NCBI GenBank assembly: GCA_965222375.1
Contig: CBDCTZ010000005.1
Span: 288,001-352,000, forward strand
Length of the DNA stretch: 64,000 nt
Origin: Polyangiaceae bacterium
GTDB taxonomy: Bacteria; Myxococcota_A; Polyangia; Polyangiales; Polyangiaceae
Direction of reading: 5' to 3'
In this document: one piece after another, positions 31,387 through 42,700 of the stretch
How the letters are laid out: every line of letters begins with the position of its first letter
Numbering within the stretch: position 1 is the stretch's first letter
Notes under the pieces: generated by a model
The model's input: only the letters and a program-made list of their open reading frames with translations
Told to the model about the DNA's origin: nothing
Databases searched by the model: none
Program-made: the position numbers and the translations under genes

Positions 31387-32619
31387 CTAGAGCGGTAGGG
31401 TCAGGAAAACTCGCGCGCCCCAGAGGATGTCCCAGTTGGCCAAGGGGGCTTGCTGCTCGCCCTCTTCCGCAAAGGCGCGAAAGTAGTAGAAGGTCGCGCC
31501 GCCGATGGATGCGCTGATGCCACCCAGCAGCGTGGGCGCGGTGTAGAGCAGCGGGTGGATGTACCCGACAGTCAGATCGCCCTGCGCGTAGCCGATGTAC
31601 CAATCGTCAGGTAGCTCTTCGTTCAGAACGAGCGAATCCGTCAATTGCACTTCGCCCAACCCCACCTGACCCGAGAGGTCAGCGAAGAAGCGCTTGGGCT
31701 TCTGCGGGGTCTCCAAGCCGAAAGCGAGCCCGATGCCCCGGAAACTCGCGTCGAAGAGCAGGTCCTCGAGAACGAGATCTCCAACCCGCACCATGTAGGG
31801 CTTCTTGTAGCTGACCAGGCCAACGCCCAAGTAGATCGGCGGCAAGCTGCCGCCCTCGGTCTGGATCAACCCGCTGGGATCGTTGTCGTGGTGGTACTGC
31901 ATCGCCACGACGAAGGTCTCGAACGCGCTGGACATGCGCAGGGTTTCCGTGACCGTCGGCAAGGTCGACAGATCCGTATTGGCGCCTGCCGAACGAGGCA
32001 CCAAGCGCACCGGTCGGTCCGGGGTGACCTTGCTCTCGAAGGCGCGCGCCTCGTAGCGAATGATCGGCTTGAGCACCCACTTGATGGGAATGCCCACCTG
32101 CCCCAAGAACCAAGCCGCGGCTGGGGCAGCCTTGCCCGCGTCTTGCGCAATGCCGGTGCCGGAGCGTCGGGGCGATGCGAAAGCGTTGGATTCGTAGTGC
32201 GCGCGATCGATGGTCAAGATGCCGAACAGCTTCATCCGCGCGCCCACGGCAAAGGTCGCGGAGTTCTCGGTTTTTACGGTCAGCGTCGGGTAGTCTTGGG
32301 GCTTCCACCCCCGGTAGGCCAATGCAACGTACGGGTCGAGCTGGAACTCCTTGACCAACACCCGGTGCGGCAAATCAGCACCGTTGTGTTTGGGTTTCTC
32401 CGCCGGCTTGGTGTACGCGACCCCGCCGGATGAGGGTCGGGAGTGCTGCATCGGCTGGCGCTTCTTGCGCTTCTTGCGTTTCTTGCGCTTCTTCTTCTTC
32501 TTGGGCTTCTTGTCCAAACCCTGATTGACGTGGTCCTTGACGGCGCCGCCGAGGGTCTGCCCCACGGCCGGCGTGGTCACGAAGGCAGCTGCGACGACAA
32601 AGGCTAGAGCCCTTCGCAT
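31387..32619 (-). CDS. Exported protein, probable outer-membrane beta-barrel, with a Lys/Arg tract
   Basis: Signal peptide, KKPKKKKKRKKRKKRKKR, alternating amphipathic strands, C-terminus WGARVFLTLPL. Confidence 0.65.
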   Translation of the reverse strand: MRRALAFVVAAAFVTTPAVGQTLGGAVKDHVNQGLDKKPKKKKKRKKRKKRKKRQPMQHSRPSSGGVAYTKPAEKPKHNGADLPHRVLVKEFQLDPYVALAYRGWKPQDYPTLTVKTENSATFAVGARMKLFGILTIDRAHYESNAFASPRRSGTGIAQDAGKAAPAAAWFLGQVGIPIKWVLKPIIRYEARAFESKVTPDRPVRLVPRSAGANTDLSTLPTVTETLRMSSAFETFVVAMQYHHDNDPSGLIQTEGGSLPPIYLGVGLVSYKKPYMVRVGDLVLEDLLFDASFRGIGLAFGLETPQKPKRFFADLSGQVGLGEVQLTDSLVLNEELPDDWYIGYAQGDLTVGYIHPLLYTAPTLLGGISASIGGATFYYFRAFAEEGEQQAPLANWDILWGARVFLTLPL

Positions 32620-33809
32620 TTCGCGACCTGTTTGACCTTGCGCATCAGCGCGGCGGCACTCGGCGTGTTTTTGTAGACGTAGAGCGCTGCGGAATCGATG
32701 TCGTCGAGCATCGCTTCACTGACCCGCAGCCGTTGCCGAACGGCGAACACAATCTTGTGTGGCAGCCCGGCTCGGGAGATCTCGATGCGCTTCCAAACCG
32801 CGTCCCGACTCCAATATCCCAAGATCTCAAGATAGACGCGGTCCCCGCGCTTGTCATTCAACAGCACCAGATCCGGGACAATCGTCCCGACGCCAGGCAA
32901 ATCCAGAAGCTGCTGACAGGCCTCAGCCCGAAAGCCGTGCTTCTGCTCTGACAGGGTTTCCATCAGTTTTGCAGTGTCCTCGCCCAGCTGTGGAGCCTCC
33001 TCGACCGGGCTGCCCTCCCAGGAATAACGAAAGGTCAGCGGGTCGCGACTACGCCCCCAACGAATGTCCGCGGTCAGCTCGAGCTGGCCACACTGTCTGA
33101 GCGCGGGAAGCGACAGGGCCAGCGCCAATCCGTAGCGCGTAACGGACTCGAAGATCGAAAACGGACCGTCAATGCTGATGCGATAGCCGGACTCCACGCG
33201 GTCAATGCGATGCAGCAGACGGCGAAACTTCAGGGTTCGGAACAAGGCGCGGTAGGCCTCGGGCCCTGCTCCGGAAACCGTCGCGACAACTCGCGTAGCG
33301 CGCAGCAGCACGGCCTGCGCTGACTGCAGCTCGTAGCGTTCAACCAGGTCGTCCGGCCGCGTCGACGGCACTGAGATGATGCGCTGCTCGCTGCGTAGGT
33401 CGGCGAATAGATCCTGCTCCAGCGCCTCTCGGGTGCTATCTCGTGCGCTCGCCGCCTGCTCCAGCACGGCTGCCCGGTCGAAGACCACCTCCGACTGGCG
33501 CGCCTTTGCCGCGCGAGTCCAGAGTTCGCGACGCAGGCTGGCCGCCTGGGCGGCGTCGGGCTCCTCGAAGGTGGTTTCATCCAGCAGCAGCTTCTTCAGA
33601 CCTTCGATGAGCTTTCGCTCCCGGGCCGGCCCCTGGATCTCTGCCAAGGCCTCGACCAGCTGTCCCCGGCGTTGCCCCGCCATGCCCTGGGCTGCGTCGA
33701 GCACGGCCGCAGCGATCTCCGTAGCGCGCACGCGCTCCTTGCCCTTGAGCACGACACAAGACAGCTGCATGCCCTTGCGGCGGACGTGAGCGTGCGCGGG
33801 CGTCAGCAC
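32604..33809 (-). CDS. DUF790 family (Bax1-like) predicted endonuclease
   Basis: MLT N-terminus, LFADL, LVERY...AQAVLL, LKFRRLLH, IDGPFS...RYG, VPDL...LEILGYW; adjacent to an XPB-like helicase. Confidence 0.88.
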   Translation of the reverse strand: MLTPAHAHVRRKGMQLSCVVLKGKERVRATEIAAAVLDAAQGMAGQRRGQLVEALAEIQGPARERKLIEGLKKLLLDETTFEEPDAAQAASLRRELWTRAAKARQSEVVFDRAAVLEQAASARDSTREALEQDLFADLRSEQRIISVPSTRPDDLVERYELQSAQAVLLRATRVVATVSGAGPEAYRALFRTLKFRRLLHRIDRVESGYRISIDGPFSIFESVTRYGLALALSLPALRQCGQLELTADIRWGRSRDPLTFRYSWEGSPVEEAPQLGEDTAKLMETLSEQKHGFRAEACQQLLDLPGVGTIVPDLVLLNDKRGDRVYLEILGYWSRDAVWKRIEISRAGLPHKIVFAVRQRLRVSEAMLDDIDSAALYVYKNTPSAAALMRKVKQVAKCEGL

Positions 33810-33821
33810 GATCGCCCTGCC

Positions 33822-35189
33822 TCAGCTTCGATACGCAACATGGGCGCGGCGCCGCTCGCTGGTTCGGGTTTCGCCGGTGCTACGCGTCACCACTTCGTAG
33901 AGTACGGCCTGCTTGTCTCCTTTTGGCCGCAAGATGCGACCCAGGCGCTGCACGTGCTCTCGCACCGAGCCGCTGCCGGATAGCACCACGGCCACACTGG
34001 CGTCCGGCACATCGACCCCCTCGTTGAGGACCTTGGAAGTGACCAGCGCCGAGTACCCACCGCTCGAGAATTCCTGCAGTATTTCGCTGCGTTCACGCAC
34101 TTTGGTTTGATGCGTGATCACAGGAATCAAAAAGCGGCGGCTGACTGCATACGCGGTTCGATTGTCTTGAGTGAAGATCAGAGCCTTGTCGGAACGGTGT
34201 TCGTGAAGAAGCTCGCTGAGCACGTCGAGCTTGCGCGGGGCGGCAAAGGCGATCTCGCGTTGACGCCGATACGCCTCGAGGGCGCGGCGGCCTTGGGAAC
34301 TACGGCTCGCGCGCATGATGAACGTCGAGAACCCCTTGGGTGAACTCATGGAGATACCCTGACTGCGCACAAAAGCTGTGTAGATACCGCGTTCGTGTTC
34401 GTAATCTTCCCTTTCCGCACTCGAAAGATCCACTTCAATGCGTTCGGTTCCATAGTCCGCAAGGTAGCGGCCACTGAGTTCGACGATCTGTTTTTCGAAA
34501 ACGGTTTCTCCAATCAACGATTCGAGCTCGCGTTCCAAACCATCAGCGCGCTCGGGCGTTGCACTCAGCCCGAGGCGAAAGGGTGCCAGGCACTGCTCCG
34601 CGGCGAGGCGGTACGAGGCGCCTGGCAGGTGGTGGCATTCGTCGAAGATCACCAAACCGAAGCGCGAGCCCAAATGCTCCATGTGCAGATAGGCAGAATC
34701 GTAAGTCGTGACCGTCAGCGGCCGGACGTCGTGTTCCCCGCCCCCTACGATGCCCACTTCGGTATCGAAAGTATGCCGGAGCAGGTCGTACCACTGGCGC
34801 ACCAGGTCCAGGGTGGGCACGACCACCAGGCTGCTGCGCTTCTTGTCGACAATGGCCATGACCGCCACGTGGGATTTGCCCGCACCAGTCGGCAGCACGA
34901 CCACGCCTCGACCAAGCGCGGCGTTCCATGCCTCGACAGATTGACGCTGGTAGGGACGCGGTTTTCGATGCACGCAAGGGCGCAGCTCGAGGGTCTGATA
35001 GGCCCGTGCGCGGTCTTCCACATCCGCGCCCGCGTCCCGCAGGGCCAGGACGATGCTGGCGTAGTCGCATGCCCGCGCGCGGTGGCAGCCGCTGCGGCTG
35101 TCCCAAGTCACCGTGTGCGGGCAAGTAGGATCCTCCCGTGACAGTCCACGGACTTCCAACGTGCCCTGAGCGAAGCTCAAGGTGACCAT
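33822..35189 (-). CDS. XPB/Rad25-like superfamily 2 helicase
   Basis: RPYQ, LPTGAGKS, VPTLDL, TTYDSA, DECHH, SATPER, LNEGVDVP, QRLGRILR. Confidence 0.92.
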   Translation of the reverse strand: MVTLSFAQGTLEVRGLSREDPTCPHTVTWDSRSGCHRARACDYASIVLALRDAGADVEDRARAYQTLELRPCVHRKPRPYQRQSVEAWNAALGRGVVVLPTGAGKSHVAVMAIVDKKRSSLVVVPTLDLVRQWYDLLRHTFDTEVGIVGGGEHDVRPLTVTTYDSAYLHMEHLGSRFGLVIFDECHHLPGASYRLAAEQCLAPFRLGLSATPERADGLERELESLIGETVFEKQIVELSGRYLADYGTERIEVDLSSAEREDYEHERGIYTAFVRSQGISMSSPKGFSTFIMRASRSSQGRRALEAYRRQREIAFAAPRKLDVLSELLHEHRSDKALIFTQDNRTAYAVSRRFLIPVITHQTKVRERSEILQEFSSGGYSALVTSKVLNEGVDVPDASVAVVLSGSGSVREHVQRLGRILRPKGDKQAVLYEVVTRSTGETRTSERRRAHVAYRS

Positions 35190-35312
35190 AGACTCCTCTT
35201 AGCGCACCCCTGCGCCCTGGATCCACCAACCGCGGCCTGGAGCGCGGGCAAAGCCGCGGGATCCCCAGCAGGGCATTGGGAATGGGCGGCCGCTATGGCT
35301 AGACTGGTGACA

Positions 35313-36353
35313 ATGAGCGCCAAGCCGGACTTTCGCCATATCGAAAGCTGCCTTGCCGTCACGGACGACGTGATCCAGGAAGCCCTCGCCGCCGCGCGAA
35401 GCATGGCGGAACCCACCCCGCGGATGAAGTGCTTGGCGCTGATCGAGCGTATGGCGGAGGTGGCAAAACCGGGTCGGGCGGCGCCCAAGATCTTGGTGGT
35501 ACTCGCCCACATGGCGCTCAAGGACTGGCTCGACGGGTTGCTTCGAGTGCGCCTGATTGGCGACCCTGAGGTCACGGTGCTGGAGCTGACCGTAGACGAC
35601 GGTTTGAGTTCGGAGCGCATCATGGGTCCTGTACGTATCGACGTGCCTTTCGATGAGTTTCGTCGCTCTTTGGAAATGCGACCCGAATTCGTGCTGCCCC
35701 TTGTCGTAGAGGGCGAGTTGGAAGAGCGACGCGTCGAACTCGCGACAGCACCTCAAAGCCGCCACAACACGGTGCCACCGGCCATGAGCGTCGTCGCGGA
35801 GAGTTTGATCCCCATGGTCGGCGAGCAAGGCCGCGAGTTGCCACCAATCGTCTCGCGGATCCCCGAATCCCTCCCCAAAGACACTCCTCCTCAGAAGCCC
35901 GCCAAGGAACCCGCCGTCAAGCAGCCAGGTACCCCCCAGCCACCGCCGCGGCGCCAGCCCCGGCAAGAAGGGGTGGCAAGACTGCAACCCGGCGCCAGGC
36001 GACCGCCACCGCCTCGTCGTGCGCCACTACCTCCGCCGCGCATGCCGACGCCCGCTCCGCTAAGGCCCGCAAAAGCGCCTGCCGCCGAAACCGCTGTGGC
36101 TGCTCAGCCTGAACGCCAGGTCGAGTCGCAGCCGGGGTCGGTGATCGCTCCGCCGGAGGAGCCCACGCCGAAACCGGAGCTCGTGATCGCGCCGCCGGAA
36201 GCGCCCGAGCCGGCGGTCCCCGAGCCATCGGCCCCGAGGGCTTCAGAACCCACGCCGACAGGCCAACCGGGGGAGCCTCAGCGCCGCTTCAAGCCCGTGA
36301 GCCTACCGCCCCATATGAAAGAAGCGCTGTCCTCGATCAAAAAGAAGAGCTGA
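35313..36353 (+). CDS. Hypothetical protein with a Pro-rich C-terminal half
   Basis: Long ORF with typical codon usage, globular N-terminus, low-complexity tail. Confidence 0.65.
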   Translation: MSAKPDFRHIESCLAVTDDVIQEALAAARSMAEPTPRMKCLALIERMAEVAKPGRAAPKILVVLAHMALKDWLDGLLRVRLIGDPEVTVLELTVDDGLSSERIMGPVRIDVPFDEFRRSLEMRPEFVLPLVVEGELEERRVELATAPQSRHNTVPPAMSVVAESLIPMVGEQGRELPPIVSRIPESLPKDTPPQKPAKEPAVKQPGTPQPPPRRQPRQEGVARLQPGARRPPPPRRAPLPPPRMPTPAPLRPAKAPAAETAVAAQPERQVESQPGSVIAPPEEPTPKPELVIAPPEAPEPAVPEPSAPRASEPTPTGQPGEPQRRFKPVSLPPHMKEALSSIKKKS

Positions 36354-36359
36354 AGCCTC

Positions 36360-37025
36360 TCAGCGGAACAGCGTTCCCACATCGCGTTCGGTCTCGTCGG
36401 AGAAAAACTCGATGGGCAGATGCCAGACCAGCTCACCCAACCACAGGCCGCGGCGGTGCCGCATGCGGATAAGGCTCGCGGTGCAGTTGCCGAAGCGCAG
36501 AATCGCGACTCGTGGCACGGGCACGCAGATCAGGTGTTTGGCCAGCTGGAACAGCAGTCCACCATGGCTGACGAGCAGTACGCGATCCCCATCGGCAGTG
36601 TGCCGCTCAAAGAGACGTTTCGTGAGTCGCTCGACCCGCCGCTGCATGTCGTCATAGCTCTCGCCACCGTATTCGGAAAAGTCACCGAGCCCCTCCAAGC
36701 CCCGTTGCATGAAGTCGGGGTGGCGCTCGACTATTTCGGAGCGGTTGAGTCCTTCCAGACTACCGGCGGTGATTTCCCTGAGCTCCGCGTCGACCTCCGC
36801 CGGATCGCGCTCCAGGCCGTCGGTGATGATCTTGGCGGTCTGCTTGGCTCGGGATAGCGGGGAAGTGTACGCGGCGGTCCAGCTCAGCTCACGTTGCTGA
36901 AACACCTTCGCGAGCTGCGCTGCCTGTTTCCGCCCGCGGCTGGAAAGCGGGTACTCGCGATGGCCTTGCATGCGGCCCTCCCGATTCCCTTCACTTTCGC
37001 CATGACGGACGAGCAACAGCTCCAT
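36360..37025 (-). CDS. Histidine phosphatase (phosphoglycerate mutase family)
   Basis: LLVRHGES, SPLSRAKQTA, LREI, GGES, LVSHGG. Confidence 0.93.
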   Translation of the reverse strand: MELLLVRHGESEGNREGRMQGHREYPLSSRGRKQAAQLAKVFQQRELSWTAAYTSPLSRAKQTAKIITDGLERDPAEVDAELREITAGSLEGLNRSEIVERHPDFMQRGLEGLGDFSEYGGESYDDMQRRVERLTKRLFERHTADGDRVLLVSHGGLLFQLAKHLICVPVPRVAILRFGNCTASLIRMRHRRGLWLGELVWHLPIEFFSDETERDVGTLFR

Positions 37026-37041
37026 GATCGACCTGCGCGCC

Positions 37042-37821
37042 TCAACGAGCTTCTGCGTGCTGCTCCGGGTCGACCTCGTAGGCAGCAGCTTTGCCCTGAC
37101 AGATGAAGCCCTTGCCGCGACGGGCGCAGGACAGCTCCGCCACATCGCTGGCGCCGAAGCGCCCGGCTGCAACCAATACCGCGTTTTCTGCGCCGGCGCG
37201 ACTGCAGCCAGCGCTGCACTCGGTGGTGATGGCGCCCAACTGTTGATGGCTCACCGGCACGGTCGGCACCTGCCGCACATAGTCGACACGCCGCGGTGGC
37301 CGGCGCGCAGCGCGGGAGTTTTCGGCGAAACGCACGACGATCCTCCAACCCTCGCGGGCACTCGGCGCGGCGTCCGCGACCTGTGTTCTAGGCCGCAACG
37401 GGCGCGATGCAAGCGTCGAGTCATCGGGGCGTGCAACGGCAGCGGAGCACGTGACCGAGTACACTGCAAAGTCATCACTCTCCCGTTCGACCCGAGATCG
37501 GCAGCGCCGAGCGACGAGCAACTCGCCGCCGACTTCCGCGGCGCGCTCCCGGATGGCGCGAGTGAGCAGTTCCCCACCGCAATCCACATCTGAAAGCTTC
37601 GCCCCATCTGGAGGCAACTTACCCTCGTATCGAGTGCAGTGTGCCCGAACTTCACCTAGGCGGACGTAGCCGGTTGGTAGCGCGCTGATATCCCGCACTT
37701 GCTGCGCCGAAACCAGCGACGGTCGAGCATGCCCATCGAAATGTGCCCCAAGGCTGCTGCTGCCACAGCCCGCGACGAAACCAACCAATCCAAGGACGAG
37801 AAAAAGCAGCCGGCGCGACAT
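37042..37821 (-). CDS. Hypothetical lipoprotein
   Basis: Lipobox VAGC; two similar Cys-containing alpha/beta modules. Confidence 0.7.
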   Translation of the reverse strand: MSRRLLFLVLGLVGFVAGCGSSSLGAHFDGHARPSLVSAQQVRDISALPTGYVRLGEVRAHCTRYEGKLPPDGAKLSDVDCGGELLTRAIRERAAEVGGELLVARRCRSRVERESDDFAVYSVTCSAAVARPDDSTLASRPLRPRTQVADAAPSAREGWRIVVRFAENSRAARRPPRRVDYVRQVPTVPVSHQQLGAITTECSAGCSRAGAENAVLVAAGRFGASDVAELSCARRGKGFICQGKAAAYEVDPEQHAEAR

Positions 37822-37966
37822 GCCTGAGCATCAATCAAAGCAAAGCCCCCCGCAAGCCTAGACTGTTCGGTGCTGAATTACCGTATCGTGCCACGCGCTG
37901 CGGTTGCTTTCGTGCAGGGATCGATTTATGGGGCGACAGTAAGAGATACTTTTCCGCGACCCTGCC

Positions 37967-39703
37967 ATGAACAATCTCGGTAAGTGCTTCATCCTACTCG
38001 CGGCCTTGCTCTACGCATCCCCGAGCTTCGCTCAAAGCGACGGATTTTCCCTAAATCGCTTCGACCCATCTGAGCGCGGCAGCGACTGGTTTTCCGTCGA
38101 ATCCTTGGATCTGCGAGGGCACGCCCGACCTGCCCTCGGCGTCGTCTTCGACTACGCCCACAAGCCTCTGGTCTACTACAACCGACAGACGGGGGATGAA
38201 GAGTTCGTCTTGGTTCGCAACCAGCTCTTCGCTCATCTCGGCGGCAATGTCGTGCTCTGGGAGCGCCTACGCTTGGGCGCGAACTTGCCCATCACGTTGA
38301 TGAACAACGGAGATACCCTGGAGCTCCGCGGCGGCGGGACCTTCGAGACCTCTCACGGCGCAGGCGTCGGTGACTTGCGCCTCGGCGCAGACCTTCGCCT
38401 GCTGGGACAGTACCGTTCACCCTTTTCCCTGGCAGTCGGGCTCCAGGCGCATCTACCCACCGGAAAGCAAGAAGCGTTTACAGGTGACGGCAAGGTGCGC
38501 ATCGTGGTGCCGCGGCTGCTTGCAGCCGGCGATATCAGTAAGTTCGCATACGCCGTGCGCATCGGGTTCAACTACCGAGCTCAACAAGAGAACTTCGACG
38601 GCGAAGCTTTCGGCAGCGAAATGACCTTCGGCGCCGCCGCTGGCGTGCGCCTCGTCGAAGACAAATTGCTGTTGGGCCCGGAAATCTACGGCTCCACGGT
38701 GGTGAGCGACGGCGGAGACGGCGCTTTCGATCGCAAGACCACCCCATTGGAGGTCGTGTTCGGTGGACACTATACCCTGGCCGAAGACTGGAAGCTGGGC
38801 GCGGGGGTCGGTCCGGGATTGACCCGTGGTTATGGCTCCCCCGAACTCCGAGTACTAGCCAGCATCGAATACTTCCCTGGCGTAAAAGAGGACGCGGCAC
38901 CGAAACCATCCGACCGGGATGAGGACGGGATCCTGGACGCCGACGACGCGTGCCCGGACATACCCGGAGTGGCGACGAATGACCCCAAGACCAACGGCTG
39001 CCCGCCGCCCAGCGATCGGGACGGCGATGGCATCCTAGACGATGTGGACGCCTGCCCGGATGAGAAGGGCGCCGCGAGCGAAGATCCGAAGAAGCACGGT
39101 TGTCCTCTGCCGGGGGATCGGGATGGCGACGGCGTGATCGATGAGGTCGATGCCTGCCCAGACGAATCCGGCGTCGAAACCGGCGACCCCAAGACCAATG
39201 GTTGCCCGCCACCGAAGGACTCGGACGCCGACGGAATCATCGACCCCGAAGACGCCTGCCCGGAATTGGCCGGCCCGCCCAACGAGGATCCAAAGAAGCA
39301 CGGCTGCCCCAAGGCGAAGGTGGTCGGCAAGAAGATCGAGATCCTCGAGCGCGTCGAGTTTGACACCAACAAGGCGACGATTCGTCCAGAGAGTGACGGC
39401 GTGCTCCAGGCCGTGCTCGACGTCCTCAACAAGTACCCGAACATCAAGAAAGTACGGGTAGTAGGCCACACGGACAATCGCGGCGGTGCGGGCTACAATC
39501 TAGCCCTGAGCCGGCGTCGGGCCGCCTCAGTCGTCAAATGGCTCACCAGCAAGGGCGTGGACGAATCACGCCTCACGAGCCAAGGCCTCGGTCAAACCAA
39601 ACCCATCGACACCAATAACACCGCCGAGGGGCGCCAGAACAACCGGCGCGTCGAGTTCAACATTGTCAAGATCGAGGGCGACCTCGAGGTGAAAACGAAA
39701 TGA
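37967..39703 (+). CDS. OmpA family protein: beta-barrel + thrombospondin type-3 repeats + OmpA_C
   Basis: Signal peptide, barrel strands, four DxDxDG..D..DACP...GCP repeats, VEFDTNKA...GHTDNRG...LSRRRA...NRRVEF. Confidence 0.92.
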   Translation: MNNLGKCFILLAALLYASPSFAQSDGFSLNRFDPSERGSDWFSVESLDLRGHARPALGVVFDYAHKPLVYYNRQTGDEEFVLVRNQLFAHLGGNVVLWERLRLGANLPITLMNNGDTLELRGGGTFETSHGAGVGDLRLGADLRLLGQYRSPFSLAVGLQAHLPTGKQEAFTGDGKVRIVVPRLLAAGDISKFAYAVRIGFNYRAQQENFDGEAFGSEMTFGAAAGVRLVEDKLLLGPEIYGSTVVSDGGDGAFDRKTTPLEVVFGGHYTLAEDWKLGAGVGPGLTRGYGSPELRVLASIEYFPGVKEDAAPKPSDRDEDGILDADDACPDIPGVATNDPKTNGCPPPSDRDGDGILDDVDACPDEKGAASEDPKKHGCPLPGDRDGDGVIDEVDACPDESGVETGDPKTNGCPPPKDSDADGIIDPEDACPELAGPPNEDPKKHGCPKAKVVGKKIEILERVEFDTNKATIRPESDGVLQAVLDVLNKYPNIKKVRVVGHTDNRGGAGYNLALSRRRAASVVKWLTSKGVDESRLTSQGLGQTKPIDTNNTAEGRQNNRRVEFNIVKIEGDLEVKTK

Positions 39704-42700
39704 GCGGCTTGATGAAAACCAGCGAAAAGAATGTGCGCGCGTCCATGCGCCGTCCCGGGCGCATGACCCGCCTCGTATCCACTTTGCTGTGCGGAACCGG
39801 ACTGCTCAGCCTGGGTTGCTCGTCGGTCGGCGAAGAAGAGAAGGCCCCACCGGAGCCCATCGCCAAGAAAGCGCAGCTGCTCCCGGGCGAAGACGGCAGC
39901 GTCACCGTCACGGCCGCGAATACCGTGCTGAACCAATACGCGGCGCTGGCAAGCAACGTCGCCGCTGGTGCCACCTCCCTGACCGTCACCAACGCAGCCG
40001 ACCTCGATAGCACCACATTCGGGCCCCTGGCAGCCGGTGACTTGCTGATGGTCGTACAGATGCGCGGCGCCAGCATCAATACCACCAACACGGTCAACTA
40101 CGGCAGCGTTACCGCCTTGAACAACGCGGGCAACTACGAGTACGTCGGCGTACAGAGCGTCGCGGGCAATGTGATCACTTTGGGCTGCGCAACCCAGAAC
40201 GCCTACACGGCCAGCGGCAACGTCCAAATAGTGCGCGTTCCGCAGGTGGACAACTTGACCATCGGTGCCTCGGGGTCCGTCACGGCGCCCGCCTGGGATG
40301 GCAGCCGTGGCGGCATCGTTGCCGTGCACGCGACCAACAACATCAACGTACTCGGCGGCGTGGTCGCTGACGCCCTCGGCTTCCGCGGAGGTGCCACGGA
40401 CAATTCGACGGCCAACGGTCAAACCGGCTACCGCGGCGCCGCCGCATCCTTTGGCGGAGAAAAGGGCGAGGGCATCGCCGGCTATCAGGCCGTCTACGAT
40501 GCGCTGAACGGACGCTACGGCCGCGGCGCACCTGCCAACGCGGGTGGCGGCGGCAACAACCACAACGCCGGCGGCGGCGGTGGCTCCAATGCGCGCTTCG
40601 GCGCGGCCTGGACGGGCCAGGGCGTCATGCTCGGGACCGTCACCGGAGCAGCTGCCTGGCTACTCGACCCGGGCTACATCGCGAACGGCAACGCGCTCAC
40701 TGATTCCGAAGGCGGCGGTCGCGGGGGCTACAGCTGGTCCAACAGCAACCAGGACGCACTGGTCGTCGCTCCCGGCAACAATGCCTGGGCAGGCGACAAC
40801 CGCCGCGAGGTCGGTGGGCTTGGCGGTCGACCCCTCGACCCTGCTGCCAACGGCCGGCTCTATCTCGGCGGCGGCGGCGGCGCCGGAGACGGCAACAACG
40901 GCGCAGCAGGTCGCGGTGGCAACGGCGGCGGCATGATCTTCATGACTGCCCTGGGCCAAATCGTCGGCACCGGCAGCATCAGCGCCGACGGTGAGCAAGG
41001 CGGCGTTTCTGCAGGCAATCCCGGCGACGCACCCGGCGGCGGCGGCGGCGGCGGCACTGTCGTGCTCAATGCAGCCGTGAGCTCGAGCTTGACCATCAGC
41101 GCCGACGGCGGCGCGGGCGGCAATCAGACCCTGTCGGCCACGAACGAGGCCGAAGGCCCCGGTGGCGGCGGTGGCGGTGGCTACGTCGCCATTCGCAGCG
41201 GCTCGCCTACTCGAACCGCTGCAGGCGCCCCAGGCGGCACATCGAATCGGCCGTCCGTCACGGAATTCCCGACCAACGGCGCAACGGCCGGCAACAATGG
41301 GCTCGCCAACGCCGTCGTGACAACAATCCCCTATTGCACCGAAGCAGCAGCGCCGGATACCTCGTTCCTGACGACCGAGCCCGACCCCACGAGCGACCCG
41401 ACCGGTGACTTCACGTTCGCGTCTACGGAAAACTTCGTGATCTATCGGTGCAGCATCGACAACGGGCCATTCTTCACCTGCCCGCAAACGTACTCCACGC
41501 CTGCACTCAGTGACGGGTCCCACAACTTGCGCGTCCGCGCCCAGGATCTCTCCGGTAACGTCGATCCAACTCCGGCCAGTTACACTTGGGTCGTCGACAC
41601 CGCGCCACCGGACACGACCATCCCGACCACCGAACCCGATCCCACCAACGATCCAACGGGTGACTTCGCCTTCGGCTCCAACGAGTCGGGTGTGACCTAC
41701 GAATGCCGGGTCGACGGCGCTGCCTTCGCGGCCTGCACCCAGACCTTCTCCACGGCCGCCCTGGCCGATGGCTCCCACACTATTGACGTGCGTGCCGTGG
41801 ACGGCGCGGGCAACGTGGACCCGACACCAGCGTCCTACACTTGGACCGTCGACACCGCGCCACCCGACACGACTATTCCGACAACCGAGCCCAATCCCAC
41901 CAACGACACCACGGGGGATTTCGCCTTCGGCTCCAACGAATCCCCGGTCACCTACGAGTGCCGCGTAGACGGCGCCGCATTCGCGGCCTGCACCCAGACC
42001 TTTTCAACCGCGCCCTTGAGCGGCGGCTCCCACACCATTGATGTTCGGGCCATAGACGCCGCTGGCAATGTCGATCCAACCCCCGCGAGCTACACCTGGG
42101 TGGTCGCCACCGCGGCTCCGGACACGACGATCATCACGTCGGAGCCCGACCCGACAAACGATCCCACCGGCGACTTCGCCTTCGGTTCAGACCAGTCCCC
42201 GGTCACCTATCAGTGCAGCATCAACGGAGGCACTTTCACGGACTGCCCCCAAACTTATTCGACGCCAGCACTACCCGACGGCTCCTACACCATCGCGGTG
42301 CGGGCGCGCAACTCCGTGGGCGTCCTGGATCCGACTCCAGCAACCTACACCTGGACCGTGGACACGGCCCCACCGGACACGAACTTCGTGACCACGGAGC
42401 CCAACCCGACCACGGACCCGACCGGAGATTTCGCTTTTGGCTCCAACGAGTCCCCGGTGACCTACGAATGCAGCATCGACGGCGGCACCTTCACTGCGTG
42501 CACTCAGACTTTCTCCACCCCGGCCCTCGCCGCGGGCTCGCATACCATTTCCGTGCGCGCCACCGACGCCGCGGGCAACGTGGACCCAACTCCGGCGACC
42601 TACACCTGGACAGTCACTGCCGCCCCGACCGACACAGACGGCGACGGCCTGCCGGACACTGAAGAAACCACGATCGGCACGGATCCCAACGACGCGGACA

